Source: a virus
Lineage: Duplodnaviria; Caudoviricetes
Virus record (IMG/VR): IMGVR_UViG_3300037501_000255
DNA length: 64,000 bases
Direction: 5' to 3' (one strand)
The notes beneath the pieces are model-generated. The model was not told where the DNA came from. It saw only the letters and a program-made list of their open reading frames with translations, and did no database searches. Positions 49,710 to 59,797 of this stretch are shown here, piece by piece. Position 1 is the first letter of the stretch; every line of letters begins with the position of its first letter. The position numbers and the translations under genes are program-made.

Positions 49710-49982
49710 TCATTCGCACACCCCCGACTGCTCAAGGGCCTGCTTACACGTCTCATCGCGAGCAGGCTGCCTGACTGCCTCGGGCACCTCAGCCAAGCCG
49801 TCACTCAACTCGCCACACGTCTCGGCAACGCCGGAATTGTCAGCATTTGCCTCACAGCAGTCACGAAGCTGATCGCAAACATCGCTTCCACAAAGTTCGG
49901 GAAATTCCGAGTCCTCGCAGGTAGCGAGAGGTTCGCAGGCAACGGCAAGCATCAGACAGCAGGCACTCAGGATCTTCTTCAT
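49710..49982 (-). CDS. Cys-rich lipoprotein
   Basis: Lipobox AVAC; VCDQLRDCC...TC...TC..AL...GVC. Confidence 0.65.
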   Translation of the reverse strand: MKKILSACCLMLAVACEPLATCEDSEFPELCGSDVCDQLRDCCEANADNSGVAETCGELSDGLAEVPEAVRQPARDETCKQALEQSGVCE

Positions 49983-50013
49983 AGGCACTCCTTGGTTATG
50001 CATTTGAGAGAAG

Positions 50014-50086
50014 TGGGACCGGAGGGAGTTGAACCCTCGACCAACGGATTAAAAGTCCGCTGCTCTACCAACTGAGCTACGGTCCC
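50014..50086 (-). tRNA. tRNA-Lys(UUU), CCA not encoded
   Basis: GGGACCG acceptor stem; GCGGA-CTTTTAA-TCCGT; GGTTCAACTCC T-arm. Confidence 0.93.
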
Positions 50087-50189
50087 ATAATCTGTTCACG
50101 CCAAGAGTCTGCCACTCCGTCATCGCTCAGAAACATCGCTGGCTTTGAGTAACAGCTATCGTAGTTCTTCATGCTAACCTCGTGATGAC

Positions 50190-50217
50190 AGAGTAGCGCA
50201 CGGCTCCGATCTGTCAA
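50190..50217 (-). promoter_or_regulatory. Sigma70-like promoter TTGACA-N16-TACTCT
   Basis: Read directly; abuts the 3' end of tRNA-Arg. Confidence 0.65.
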
Positions 50218-50218
50218 G

Positions 50219-50295
50219 TGGTGCGCTCGGCAGGAATCGAACCTGCGGCCTATTCTTTAGGAAGGAATCGCTCTATCCGACTGAGCTACGAGCGC
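50219..50295 (-). tRNA. tRNA-Arg(CCU), CCA encoded
   Basis: GCGCTCG acceptor stem; anticodon loop TTCCTAA; C31.A39 mismatch. Confidence 0.88.
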
Positions 50296-50414
50296 ATACG
50301 TTTGCGGATTTCTCGCACAGTATCCACAAGCATATCTATGAAAACCCAACCCCCTATGCCGAACATGAGAGCGGGCAAGGTCCAAGCGCCAATTAAGTTG
50401 GCGATTTCGCGCAT

Positions 50415-50610
50415 GTAAGTTTCCCCGGTTTTGGCTGAGCCATAGCCCATTTGTCCGGGCGACCCTCGGTGCCGATGGACTTACCCGATAGGTTCAACGA
50501 CAGTGGTGCGCCGCCGTCTAGCTGTAAAGCCCGTGGTGGAGGCCCCTCCTAGGTTTCCCTAGACGACCGCATTTACGCGCACTCGTGGAGCGGTCTGAGA
50601 GGCCAGAGTC
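50415..50610 (-). ncRNA. Candidate structured RNA / regulatory leader
   Basis: Non-coding gap with several nested helices (see findings). Confidence 0.35.
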
Positions 50611-51054
50611 TTACAGGGTGCTCTTGCGGAGGTCGTCAGTCAGTCGCCGAACCTCCTGAGCATCCTCGGCCTGAGCCAGCTTGCGAAGCGCACCCTCCTG
50701 AATCACCTTACGGAGGAACGTATCGCGATCCATTCGGAAGCTCAACAGTTCGGCCCGCTCGGTAGCCAGAAGTTCGGCTTGCGTCGGCTTGAGCCGAGCC
50801 GATGGATTCAGACCGGCAATCAGTCGCTCAAGGCGTGCGGCTGCAATCTTGCGACCAATGAATCGAACCGGGTTGTCAGCGGGGTTGCAGCGACTCACAC
50901 CCACGGCAATCGTACCGTCAGGAAGCTCCTGCGTAGCAATCGTGGCGAGCAGTCGGCCCTTCCCGGTGTGAGCAGCACCATTTGGGTCCGTGTGCGTCGT
51001 GCCGGCGTGGAAGTGAGCGAAGCGAGGGCCGGTGCGAACAGTCGTGTCAGCCAT
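50611..51054 (-). CDS. Hypothetical protein
   Basis: AVGVSRCNPADN..R..GR.IA..R pattern; downstream of a promoter. Confidence 0.7.
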   Translation of the reverse strand: MADTTVRTGPRFAHFHAGTTHTDPNGAAHTGKGRLLATIATQELPDGTIAVGVSRCNPADNPVRFIGRKIAAARLERLIAGLNPSARLKPTQAELLATERAELLSFRMDRDTFLRKVIQEGALRKLAQAEDAQEVRRLTDDLRKSTL

Positions 51055-51085
51055 GTGTATCTCCGAGTGCGGTTGGAACGTGGGT

Positions 51086-51113
51086 AGTATAGCGACGGCC
51101 CAGCCGCCGTCAA
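51086..51113 (-). promoter_or_regulatory. Sigma70-like promoter TTGACG-N16-TATACT
   Basis: Read directly. Confidence 0.72.
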
Positions 51114-51137
51114 GCGAGGATCTGCGGGTGAATTTAT

Positions 51138-51488
51138 TTACTGTATGTTAAATCGGGATTCACCAGCGTCAGGACTGAGTGGGATTACAACATATACAGA
51201 ATTGGCAGTCCTCACGATGCTCTGATCTTCCCCTCTCTCAATAGAAACCACTGGAGTGCTTTCAAAAATTCCTGGAGTTTCAACACCGTTGCGCTTGCGT
51301 CGGAAAGCAGTCATCACCTCGCCAATCACCACATCCCGCAAGAGTTCGCCTTCGATTTCATAGGCGACGGGAAGAGAGAGTCCGGGATTGATGGTCCCTG
51401 GAGTGTAGGCATCATCTGATGGAGTGCGAGCCATTGGAGCCTCCGTGGCAGCGAGCTTGCGAATGAGCACAGAATTATTCTTTTTCAT
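51138..51488 (-). CDS. Conserved phage hypothetical protein
   Basis: PVAYEIEGEL...VIGE.M...R.KRNG...G.F.STPV..I......T.NSVY. Confidence 0.7.
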   Translation of the reverse strand: MKKNNSVLIRKLAATEAPMARTPSDDAYTPGTINPGLSLPVAYEIEGELLRDVVIGEVMTAFRRKRNGVETPGIFESTPVVSIERGEDQSIVRTANSVYVVIPLSPDAGESRFNIQ

Positions 51489-51921
51489 TTCCTACCTCGT
51501 TGACAAGGCAGATGCAGCCCCCGCTTATCTGCTCCGTATTGCTGTTGCACGTAGACAAGGGCTTCTTCTCGAGTGTCGAACGTTTTAACCGTCTCCCACC
51601 ATGGGACAGATGGATCTGGATTGGGCACTTCGACCAAGAACTTTTTACTCATTGAAGTCTCCAGTATCAAACGTTTCCTCGGGCTCGTCCACCGGGTCAG
51701 CATCGGAACCGAAGAAATCCGGGTCAGTTGCGTGTTTGTCGCACTCCGCTTGCAGCTCCCTCACAGTCAGCGGCTTGCTCGTCTCAAGTCGCACCCAGCT
51801 CAACGAAGCATCCCGTACTGGGTAGCAAAAGAGATTTCCTCCAGAGACATATCGTCCACCGGAAGATCCTCGTGATGCAACACCTCAATCGTGATTGTCG
51901 TCTTGACGATTTTTGTGTAGC

Positions 51922-52236
51922 TCATTGTGCTTCTCCGCGTAGGTGGAAGTAGTCCGCCCTACAAGAATCATCCTGCAAATCAAACCACGTCACAAGCCGG
52001 CCCGCACGCTCTTTTACACGAATGCGGACACCCCAACATCCAAACGACAGCGGATAATTCATCATGTAAACGTAGTTGTGGTCGTTTGGATCTCGTACTG
52101 CCCACGCAGTCTCGAAGATGCTGCTATCCGGACCAGATTCAAGAAACGACACTCGGCAAGCTCCATGCGCTTTTTCAAGCCGTTGAATTAGCTGCTCTCT
52201 TGCCAACAGTGCGCTGGGCTTTGTGGTCATACGCAC
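51922..52236 (-). CDS. Hypothetical protein
   Basis: 104 aa ORF coupled to its neighbours. Confidence 0.55.
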   Translation of the reverse strand: MRMTTKPSALLAREQLIQRLEKAHGACRVSFLESGPDSSIFETAWAVRDPNDHNYVYMMNYPLSFGCWGVRIRVKERAGRLVTWFDLQDDSCRADYFHLRGEAQ

Positions 52237-53127
52237 TCCGCATCAGCAACGACCGCCTCATTTACCATCACCCTGAGTTGCGGCACACCATCAAGATCAT
52301 GCGTGACCACAAAGTCTCCGCTGTCGTCAGCCGCATCGCCAGTCTCTAGTTCAACCACCACACGATCATCGATCTGTGATCGGTACACGTAGATGGTCAT
52401 GCCGCAATCCAGTTGCAACTCGATGCCAGTAGAGGGAACCTGTACGCTTACAACGTGGCCCATTCTTCCTCCTGAAAGTCGGTAGTTTCTGGAAGCTCCG
52501 AGTCATCATCTGCCGCACGCAGGCGCTTCATAACCCCCTCAAGCTCAGCGATGGCCTTGTTTCGCACTTGCACCGAACCATTCTCAATGTCCTACAAGAA
52601 CGTCATAGCTGCACTCTATCGCAGCCACTCGGTATCCGGGCAGCCGCCCCACCACTCGATATCATCCGAATCTTCGCCGACTCGGATGAATGTATTCTCA
52701 TCAAGATTTTTGACAGCTTCCTGCACCGTACGAATTACCGCGTCATCCGTGTACCATTTGATGTAATCGTGAAAGTAAACGTGCTTGTCGGGGAATTGTT
52801 TCTGGCGCATCGTATCCAGAAACTTATCCACATCACTCATCTTCACATCGTTGTGAGCTGCCAGCTCCTCAAGCTCCTTGCGAAAGTCATCAAGATTTTC
52901 TGGATTGATTTGGAAGTAAACGCTAGAACGGTAGCTCGTTCATTCCTCCACGGGGTCGATAAAGAACCTGCCATCAACTGCATCAACCTGACCAATCAGA
53001 CCCTTGCCGAGGTCTAGATAGTCAAGCAAATCCAGCAGGTGATTGTAAGCATTCTCATTGATGACATGATCATCATCCAGTGCTGCGCGAGCAAACCGCA
53101 ACACCTTCTTTTCGAGTTCGTGACGGC

Positions 53128-53809
53128 TCATGTGTCCTCCAAACAGTGACTCCAGTAGCGAGTGTCGGATTTGCCGTGCAGTCGGTCCCAATACATATGT
53201 CGCGCAATCGGGGAAGGCACCCCGGCATATGCGCACTTGTCCAGCCAGACACGCTCCCAAAATGCATACTCAGTCGGCGATGGCGACTTTGTGTCGGCGC
53301 CAAGACCCCGCAGGATATGCACATCCAGACAAGCAACCTCGGCTTCCACTGGATACATCAGCTCGATTGCGAACGAAGTCTTGGCGTGACCGATGCCGAA
53401 CAAGCGCCGGGTATACTCATCGCGCAATTCTGCCCATGTAAGAATCGGCGTCTTCTCATAGCGCCCTGGGTCGTGAAAGAATTCTCGCGACAATTCCCAA
53501 AGCGCACGAACGCGGACCTTATGCAGCCCCATCGACTGCTGCATGACAATAGCGCGCAAGTGCTCTTGGTCAAACACCCAGCTCAGATCTCGGGTGAGTG
53601 CCTGATAGCTCTTGACGTTCTGCTGCCATGTAGCCCGGATCGAACAGAGCGCAAACACCCATCGCTTGAAACGCTCGGCGTGATTGCGGGGGGGTCAATC
53701 CTTCCCAGTATTGCTGATAGCGAAATGCTTCCTCATGATTCAGCTGGGCGAAGAACTGCTCCACATTCACATCAATCCTCGTAGTAGTCGTTGACGACTT
53801 CCAGAGCAA
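53128..53809 (-). pseudogene. Helix-hairpin-helix DNA glycosylase (8-oxoguanine glycosylase-like), one frameshift
   Basis: Removing one C from a C7 run at about 53690 joins YWEGLTPRNHAERFKRWVFALCSI; LFGIGHAKTSF (HhH), VACLDVHILR. Confidence 0.75.
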
Positions 53810-54019
53810 TCTGGATGCGTGGGTTGTAATAGATTACATCCCGCCCCATTGAATCATGCTGCCATCCAGAAATGGGCAGTTCAGGTACGTCGCGGATAGC
53901 CTCCAACAGTTGACTCAGACCCACAATGCCGAGGCATCTGGCGCCGAACATCGCACGGCCAGAATAGGGCCGGGCACCGTAGGCGTCAAGCCGCGCGAAC
54001 ATTTCGGCTGAGATTATCA

Positions 54020-54325
54020 TCACTTTCCCTCCACAATATCTGCGCGAGTCTGAAACCCAAACATCTTGCAGAATTCCAGATACTTCTTCCGCTTATCACT
54101 TCCGCGAATGCCGAACTCTTCACGGATAATAGTAAAGCAGGATGGAGCCTTGCGCGTCAGCCGTCCACCAGGAAAAGAAATCTCCCATTCAAGTCCGCCC
54201 TTGATTGTGACCATACGCGCTCGCCACACGTGAGCAGCCATCGTGTGTTGCGAACTATCAACCATCGTGCAGGTCACTTCGTCAGGACCGGTTTGTTCCA
54301 CTTTCGCAAATTGAGTGCGACTCAT
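54020..54325 (-). CDS. Hypothetical protein
   Basis: 101 aa ORF. Confidence 0.55.
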   Translation of the reverse strand: MSRTQFAKVEQTGPDEVTCTMVDSSQHTMAAHVWRARMVTIKGGLEWEISFPGGRLTRKAPSCFTIIREEFGIRGSDKRKKYLEFCKMFGFQTRADIVEGK

Positions 54326-54811
54326 TCATCCTCCAAAACAAGACCGACAAGGTCCTCGGTGGTACGTGGAAGGTCGATTGCACGGACGCGCTGTCGTTCA
54401 CCCTTATGAATCACAATGTCACCTAGGGCGATTTTACGACCAGCCGGCAATTCTCTAGTGTGAATCAGGTAAATCCGACCAATGCCCTTAAGATCGAAGG
54501 AGCCGTGTGTAATAATTTCGACAGGATCCTCAGTCGCCATTTTCGCCCCTTGCTGCAATGATATCTCGGCATTCGTGATACCGCCACCGATGTTCGGCAT
54601 ACAAGCGGTACGCGATTTGTTCGATAATCGTCTTTTCTCCAACCACAGCGCGGGCAAACAACTCCCTCTCCATCTCCTCAAACTCTGCCACTGAAACGCA
54701 GAATGGATTATAGAAGTAGAGGTGAATCTGTGGCTCATTCTTCATTTGATCTCCTCATTACGGCAGCATAGCCGCACTCATTACATACTACAGCGGGAGC
54801 CTTAACCATCG

Positions 54812-55210
54812 CTACCACCTTCCGCGCCTGCGCTTACGCGGAGGTCCGTAGTAGGCCACCTCGTAGTTGCCCCCTCCACCCATCTCTCGGGAATCACGAT
54901 TGTATTCGTCATTACCCACAATCACCCCGCCGCTTCCACGGGTCCACTTGACGTTACCAAGGGCACGAAACAGCGCTCTGGCCAGCAGATGATCATGAGC
55001 ATGCTCGCGAGCGTGATTGTTCTCAGGCACGATCCACGTCACCTGTTGATTTTCATTATCCAGAACGATGCGTGCATCACCAAGTTCAAATGTTTTCCGA
55101 GGACCGCTGTCGAAGTACTCGCCCATAACGTCAAGGATCTGCTTGACAAAGTCCCTCCATTGACGCGCAGGAATCTTGATTGTTCCCGACTCCCATTCAT
55201 AACGACTCAT
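54812..55210 (-). CDS. Conserved phage hypothetical protein
   Basis: MSRYEWE.GTIKIP...W.V.ENNHA...WTRGSGG...GNDEY. Confidence 0.7.
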   Translation of the reverse strand: MSRYEWESGTIKIPARQWRDFVKQILDVMGEYFDSGPRKTFELGDARIVLDNENQQVTWIVPENNHAREHAHDHLLARALFRALGNVKWTRGSGGVIVGNDEYNRDSREMGGGGNYEVAYYGPPRKRRRGRW

Positions 55211-55981
55211 TCAAACCTCCACAATCGGAAGCCCACGGCGGGCAATGTTGCTGGCCTTCTTCTTGCTGAAACCGTGCGTCGTGAACCCGACCACGAAGTT
55301 GCGGTCAGCGCGACGGCAAAGCGGCCCCTGCGAACCACCGCAGTTCGCACACTGCACATTCTCATTGTATTCCGCAGGGCACTGCACCACAAGCGCCCCA
55401 CCGGGAGTGCGGGTATTTCGCCACACCCGCACAGTCTTTTCGACAGTCTTGTTGCCCTGCGCCTTCGTGATGGTAACCTCGTCCCCACCGAAATCATCGG
55501 GGATCAGCGTCACCACGGGAGCGATACCAAGACGGAGGTATTCGTCCGCCTGCTCGACATTGTTCGATGACAGATTAATCGTGAAACCCTTGCGGTTCGC
55601 CGACTGAATAGCGCGAGCGTTGACCGGGTTGTGCGGGCTCTTGTGCGTATAGGTAAACCCCCTACGCCCCTCGTTGGCCTTTACCAGACGAGCCAGCATG
55701 AACGGGGAGATATTTTCTTCGATACCGGGAAGGTCGCCAGCAACAGCGTATCGCCACACCTGATTCTCGGGAAAGTTTCGAATGGAAGCGAGTAGATCGT
55801 CGAAGCGCATCCCGCGGTCATCAACACGATCCCAGTGCATGCGGACGTTTCCGCCAAGAGCGTAGCAACCGCCATCGTACAGCGGACAAGACGGCGGACA
55901 CGAAGCACGGGAGATCATGACCGTGGGGATCGGCCCGGTCTTAGAGTTGGTAGAGACGCGAGTTAGATGGAAGCGCAGCAT
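55211..55981 (-). CDS. Cys-rich phage protein (GP88/DUF7227-like)
   Basis: STNSKTGPIP...SCPPSCPL..GGCYA...WRYAVAGDLP...GFTYTH...INLS......AD...CPA...C.NC....LC...R...VGF..HG. Confidence 0.75.
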   Translation of the reverse strand: MLRFHLTRVSTNSKTGPIPTVMISRASCPPSCPLYDGGCYALGGNVRMHWDRVDDRGMRFDDLLASIRNFPENQVWRYAVAGDLPGIEENISPFMLARLVKANEGRRGFTYTHKSPHNPVNARAIQSANRKGFTINLSSNNVEQADEYLRLGIAPVVTLIPDDFGGDEVTITKAQGNKTVEKTVRVWRNTRTPGGALVVQCPAEYNENVQCANCGGSQGPLCRRADRNFVVGFTTHGFSKKKASNIARRGLPIVEV

Positions 55982-56016
55982 GCGTAGCTACCTTTGTTGT
56001 TCCGCGATGTGCGGGT

Positions 56017-56044
56017 AGTATAGCGATCATGACGGATCCGTCAA
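56017..56044 (-). promoter_or_regulatory. Sigma70-like promoter TTGACG-N16-TATACT
   Basis: Read directly. Confidence 0.72.
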
Positions 56045-58490
56045 GTGCGTCTGTCGCATTGGTCGGGCTCATCATTTCTCAGCCTCACTGAAGGCTGGGT
56101 AGATCGATCTACCACGAAAAGCATTCTTCGGGATGCTCCATGTTCAAGCACATCAATGCTGGCGACTGTGCCGGAAGGCAGAGTACAAATACTATCGCCA
56201 TACAATTGGGCTGAAAGCTGGATGATTAGTTCGACCGCCTCTTTACATGATACGGTATAAATTTGTCCGGTGCCAAACTGCTCCATTGTAGCCATTTGTT
56301 TCTCCAAAGAAAGGTTTGGTGCAATATTCAAGAACCCAGCAGATCACCAACGCTGGATTACTTTGGACTTTTCCGTCGTGTACGCAGTTTCCGTTCAGTA
56401 CCCCGCACAAGATCAAGCTCCATGAAGTCTGACGGCGGGGGAATCAACGTAGTGCCGGGTTGATTTGCTAATGACCGGATATACCGCCTGGCATCTGTGG
56501 CATTATCGAATACAATCGTGGCATTCGGCCAGCCGCCCTGCTTGATGTAAACCGTTGCCCAGCGGGCGTCGACAACAAGCACCACCTCACTGACATCGAC
56601 CAAAACAAGTTTCATTTCACACTCTCCACTGCTGAAAGAAAGGTGAAGATACCAAAGCCCAGAGCGATGATTGTAGCCCCGGTATTGGCACCACAAAAGA
56701 GCAGAATTTCACGAAGCAGGAATGCTGCACTGCCACACACAAGCGCAATTCCCATGTATCGCTTCACTGAAACAACCTCTCGTAGTAAAAGGAACTGGCG
56801 CCGAACAGCGCCAGCCCGGTGATTACGCCGGCCACGTAGGCCCAGAGCATATGGCGGGTTACTTCAGAACTGCCTGATTTACCTGCCATCTTTGCACCTC
56901 CAGATAAATCGCCTCGTTCATCAGCCTCGCCACCCCCACGTGATCGTCCGCTGCCTTCCGATTGTCGTAGAGTGCGTGAATCTGATACGTCACTGATGAG
57001 CCCTTCATCACCGGCTCCAGCACTATCCAAACCGTTGTCGCTGCTTGATCCCACCCCATGCGACCTCCGCTCGTTGAAGAAGTTCATCAATTTCATTGCG
57101 ATTCAAATCCATTGACTCTTTAAGGAATTGGTATTGCTCCTTGGTTAGCCCACAGGCGCGAATCTCAGCCAACAGCCTTGGGAACTGAATGGAATCATCC
57201 AACCACGGCTGCCTCGCTACATAGCTCGGTCGTTCATGTCCAGTAAAAACTCGGGAACATTCCGTACATTGCTGTCCTCCTAGACGGCCCTCAATATTCC
57301 AGGCATGAAGCGTGAGACAGTTGGGACAGCGGGTGTGGCGTTCTGCGGGTCGGAAAGGGTCTTTCATCGCATTGGTCCGTTGGCAACAGGGGCGAGCTGG
57401 CCGCCACCTACAACATAGTACATTACTTGTACTCCTAAGCAGCCCTTCTCGGTTCGGCTTGGGGCCGATCCCGCTAGAACAAGCATGGGCCTCGGCAGGC
57501 AAGAGTCAAGTATTTGCTCGCTTTTTCGCCGCCCAAGCACACCCTCCTCCGGCAAAGGGTCGCGCTGCGGATGACAGCGGGCCCGCGCACCTCGGCGACA
57601 CGTGCGCGGAGCTCCGCGAGCGTCAGGCCGTGGGACAGGCGGTAGCAGTGCCCGCAGACCCTCGGCCCCGCGATGACGACTTTTCTCCCAAAAATCAATC
57701 CCGACGATGTCACCAGTCATATCATCGAGGTATACTTCCCGCCGCCAACAGCGGATCATTTCAGCAAGAGTTTTTTGTTGACGTAACCCATATCCACCCA
57801 AGCGAAGTGCTTGGAGACGATATCTCCTGCCCTCCAACACGCTCACCCCCTATCTGCGTTGATGCGTTTTATTGCACCGCGAAAGAAACCGTTGATGACG
57901 GGAGCTTCCAGCACCCTCTTGCGCTCCCTGCGGTCGGCAGCTTCCAGCTCGGCAAACTGTGCCATGAGGGCGGCTTCACCTAACTCATCCCGCAATAGCG
58001 CTTCTTCTTCGGCAGTCAGTAGAAACTTACTGCGTTCAGCGTAGGCCTTTTCCCACGCCCTTACAGCTCGGCCGATACGCCAGCTGCGAAATCTACCGGA
58101 AGCTTTACCCTGCCGTCCCACCTCCCATCGCCCAGCATGCGGGTAGATGACCGGCAAACCCGCTGTGGGTCAAGCTGAACCAGCACGCCGCCCTGCCGAT
58201 ACGGAACCCAGGACAACGGTTCGGCCAGCAGAGCCTTGCGCAGGGTAGCGATTGGAAGCCGAGGGTCAATCAGATCCATCAGTGCACCTAGTGGATTGAC
58301 ACCAGTTCATTCTGAAGTACCAGCCAGTAGGTCCCATCCTCGCCTACTACCGAGACTGCAAAATCCAGCAGGATTTCATCTACAACGCCGTCAAGCTCGG
58401 AAGTGGCGCCCTTCAAACCCCCGGTAAGGAATCTGATGGGCGTCCCCACGGCTGGCGGATTATCCCACAATGGGCCGGCCAGAAGCAAGC

Positions 58491-58901
58491 TCATTCGCTG
58501 AACTCGAAATCGTTGGGAGCCTCCGGCTGTGCTGGAGGCTCCATCCTCACCTCAACTACGTGGAAGACGTAGAAGCCGTGCTCGTGGGCATATGCGAGCC
58601 GCTTCTTAATATCTCCTTGCGCAGCTGCGCAGCATTCACCCCAGTCGCCATCATCGGAGCCCTGAAAGTACTCCGCCAACGAGTGACTGTCGCAGGTTTC
58701 GATGAAGCTGTTATTCATGCGCTCGGCCTCAGCTTCGGCCTCCTCGCGGTCAGCGAATGCTTTAACAGGGTTGCCGCCTTCAGTCGAGTAGTAATATTCA
58801 TCGGTGTACTCGAAATCACGCTCCATTACAACAAAAACGCTGTTAGACATATCGGTTCTCCTCAGTTCGGTAAACAGCCAGCACGCACTCATCCGAGTCA
58901 A
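58491..58901 (-). CDS. Hypothetical protein (start probably MSNSVF)
   Basis: YTDEYY...GNPVKAF.DREEAE. Confidence 0.6.
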   Translation of the reverse strand: MTRMSACWLFTELRRTDMSNSVFVVMERDFEYTDEYYYSTEGGNPVKAFADREEAEAEAERMNNSFIETCDSHSLAEYFQGSDDGDWGECCAAAQGDIKKRLAYAHEHGFYVFHVVEVRMEPPAQPEAPNDFEFSE

Positions 58902-58919
58902 GCGCCTCTCATCGGCTCG

Positions 58920-59555
58920 CTACAAACCTCCTCGCTTGCCCACCTTTTCGGGCCCAGAGTCATTTTCCAGAACACCCAGTACCATCTGTCGTAGGATGTT
59001 CTGCTTACCCATCATCCAGTCCTTAACCGGCATGTCGCCGAAGCAATCATAGAATGTGGGGATAAACTTCAGATCCTGCAACACGTGACGCTCGGCAATC
59101 GTACGGGTTGCCACCACCTTGCCTTCCGAGTTTGTGATGGTCGGGCCGAATACCTGCTCGCATAAGCGCCACACATTACCTTCAAGGTAATGATTGTACG
59201 TTTCAACCTCGGCCCTAAGACGTGCTTCGGCCATCTGCCGGCGCTTCTTCGAGATTCTTTTGACACTAAATGCTTCGCGGATTCTTTCAGGCTTAACAAA
59301 GCTAGATCCAGCCAACACTTGACCGCTATCCCAGGGGCATGAAAAACCGCCGACGTTCATTGAGATGCCACTGTGGTCGTACAGATACAGAGGTAGCCTT
59401 ACGGAACCGGCCGGGATATTCGCCTCCGCGCACTCGGCAGAGTCGCCTCCCGGCTGAATATCCCCAAGCTTGTATCTACGATGCCAACAAGCTATCGTAC
59501 CCAGGTTGTCGAAGTCTCGCGGAGATTCCTGGTTGTGGTCGGGTCGAATGCGCAA
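58920..59555 (-). CDS. Apparent in-frame fusion of two truncated conserved hypothetical genes
   Basis: N-part DNLGTIACWHRRY.LGD...LPLYLYDHSGISM...WDSGQV...YNHYLEGNVW; C-part CEQVFG.TITNSEGK.V..R.IAERHV..D..FIPT. Confidence 0.55.
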   Translation of the reverse strand: MRIRPDHNQESPRDFDNLGTIACWHRRYKLGDIQPGGDSAECAEANIPAGSVRLPLYLYDHSGISMNVGGFSCPWDSGQVLAGSSFVKPERIREAFSVKRISKKRRQMAEARLRAEVETYNHYLEGNVWRLCEQVFGPTITNSEGKVVATRTIAERHVLQDLKFIPTFYDCFGDMPVKDWMMGKQNILRQMVLGVLENDSGPEKVGKRGGL

Positions 59556-59797
59556 CTGTGCTATGATGATCTCCTATAGCGTTACCCATATTCAAAGAGA
59601 TGGAGGCGTCAATGTCCCATCCATCTGTGGGTCTCAGGAACCTTCACATCGGTCAGGCGAGCATCGCCATCCTCAAAAGGATCGGCGTCCTCCAGGGACT
59701 CAATCGCACGACGGCGTGCATCGGCCACGCGCATCGCCACAGCAGCAAGAGTAAGAGAACCAAGAACCAGCACAACAATCATCGCCATACAAACCTC

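Noticed and set aside
50585-50610. Hammerhead ribozyme (CTGAGAG)
   Set aside because: No matching GAAA/NUH core or stems in the required arrangement.
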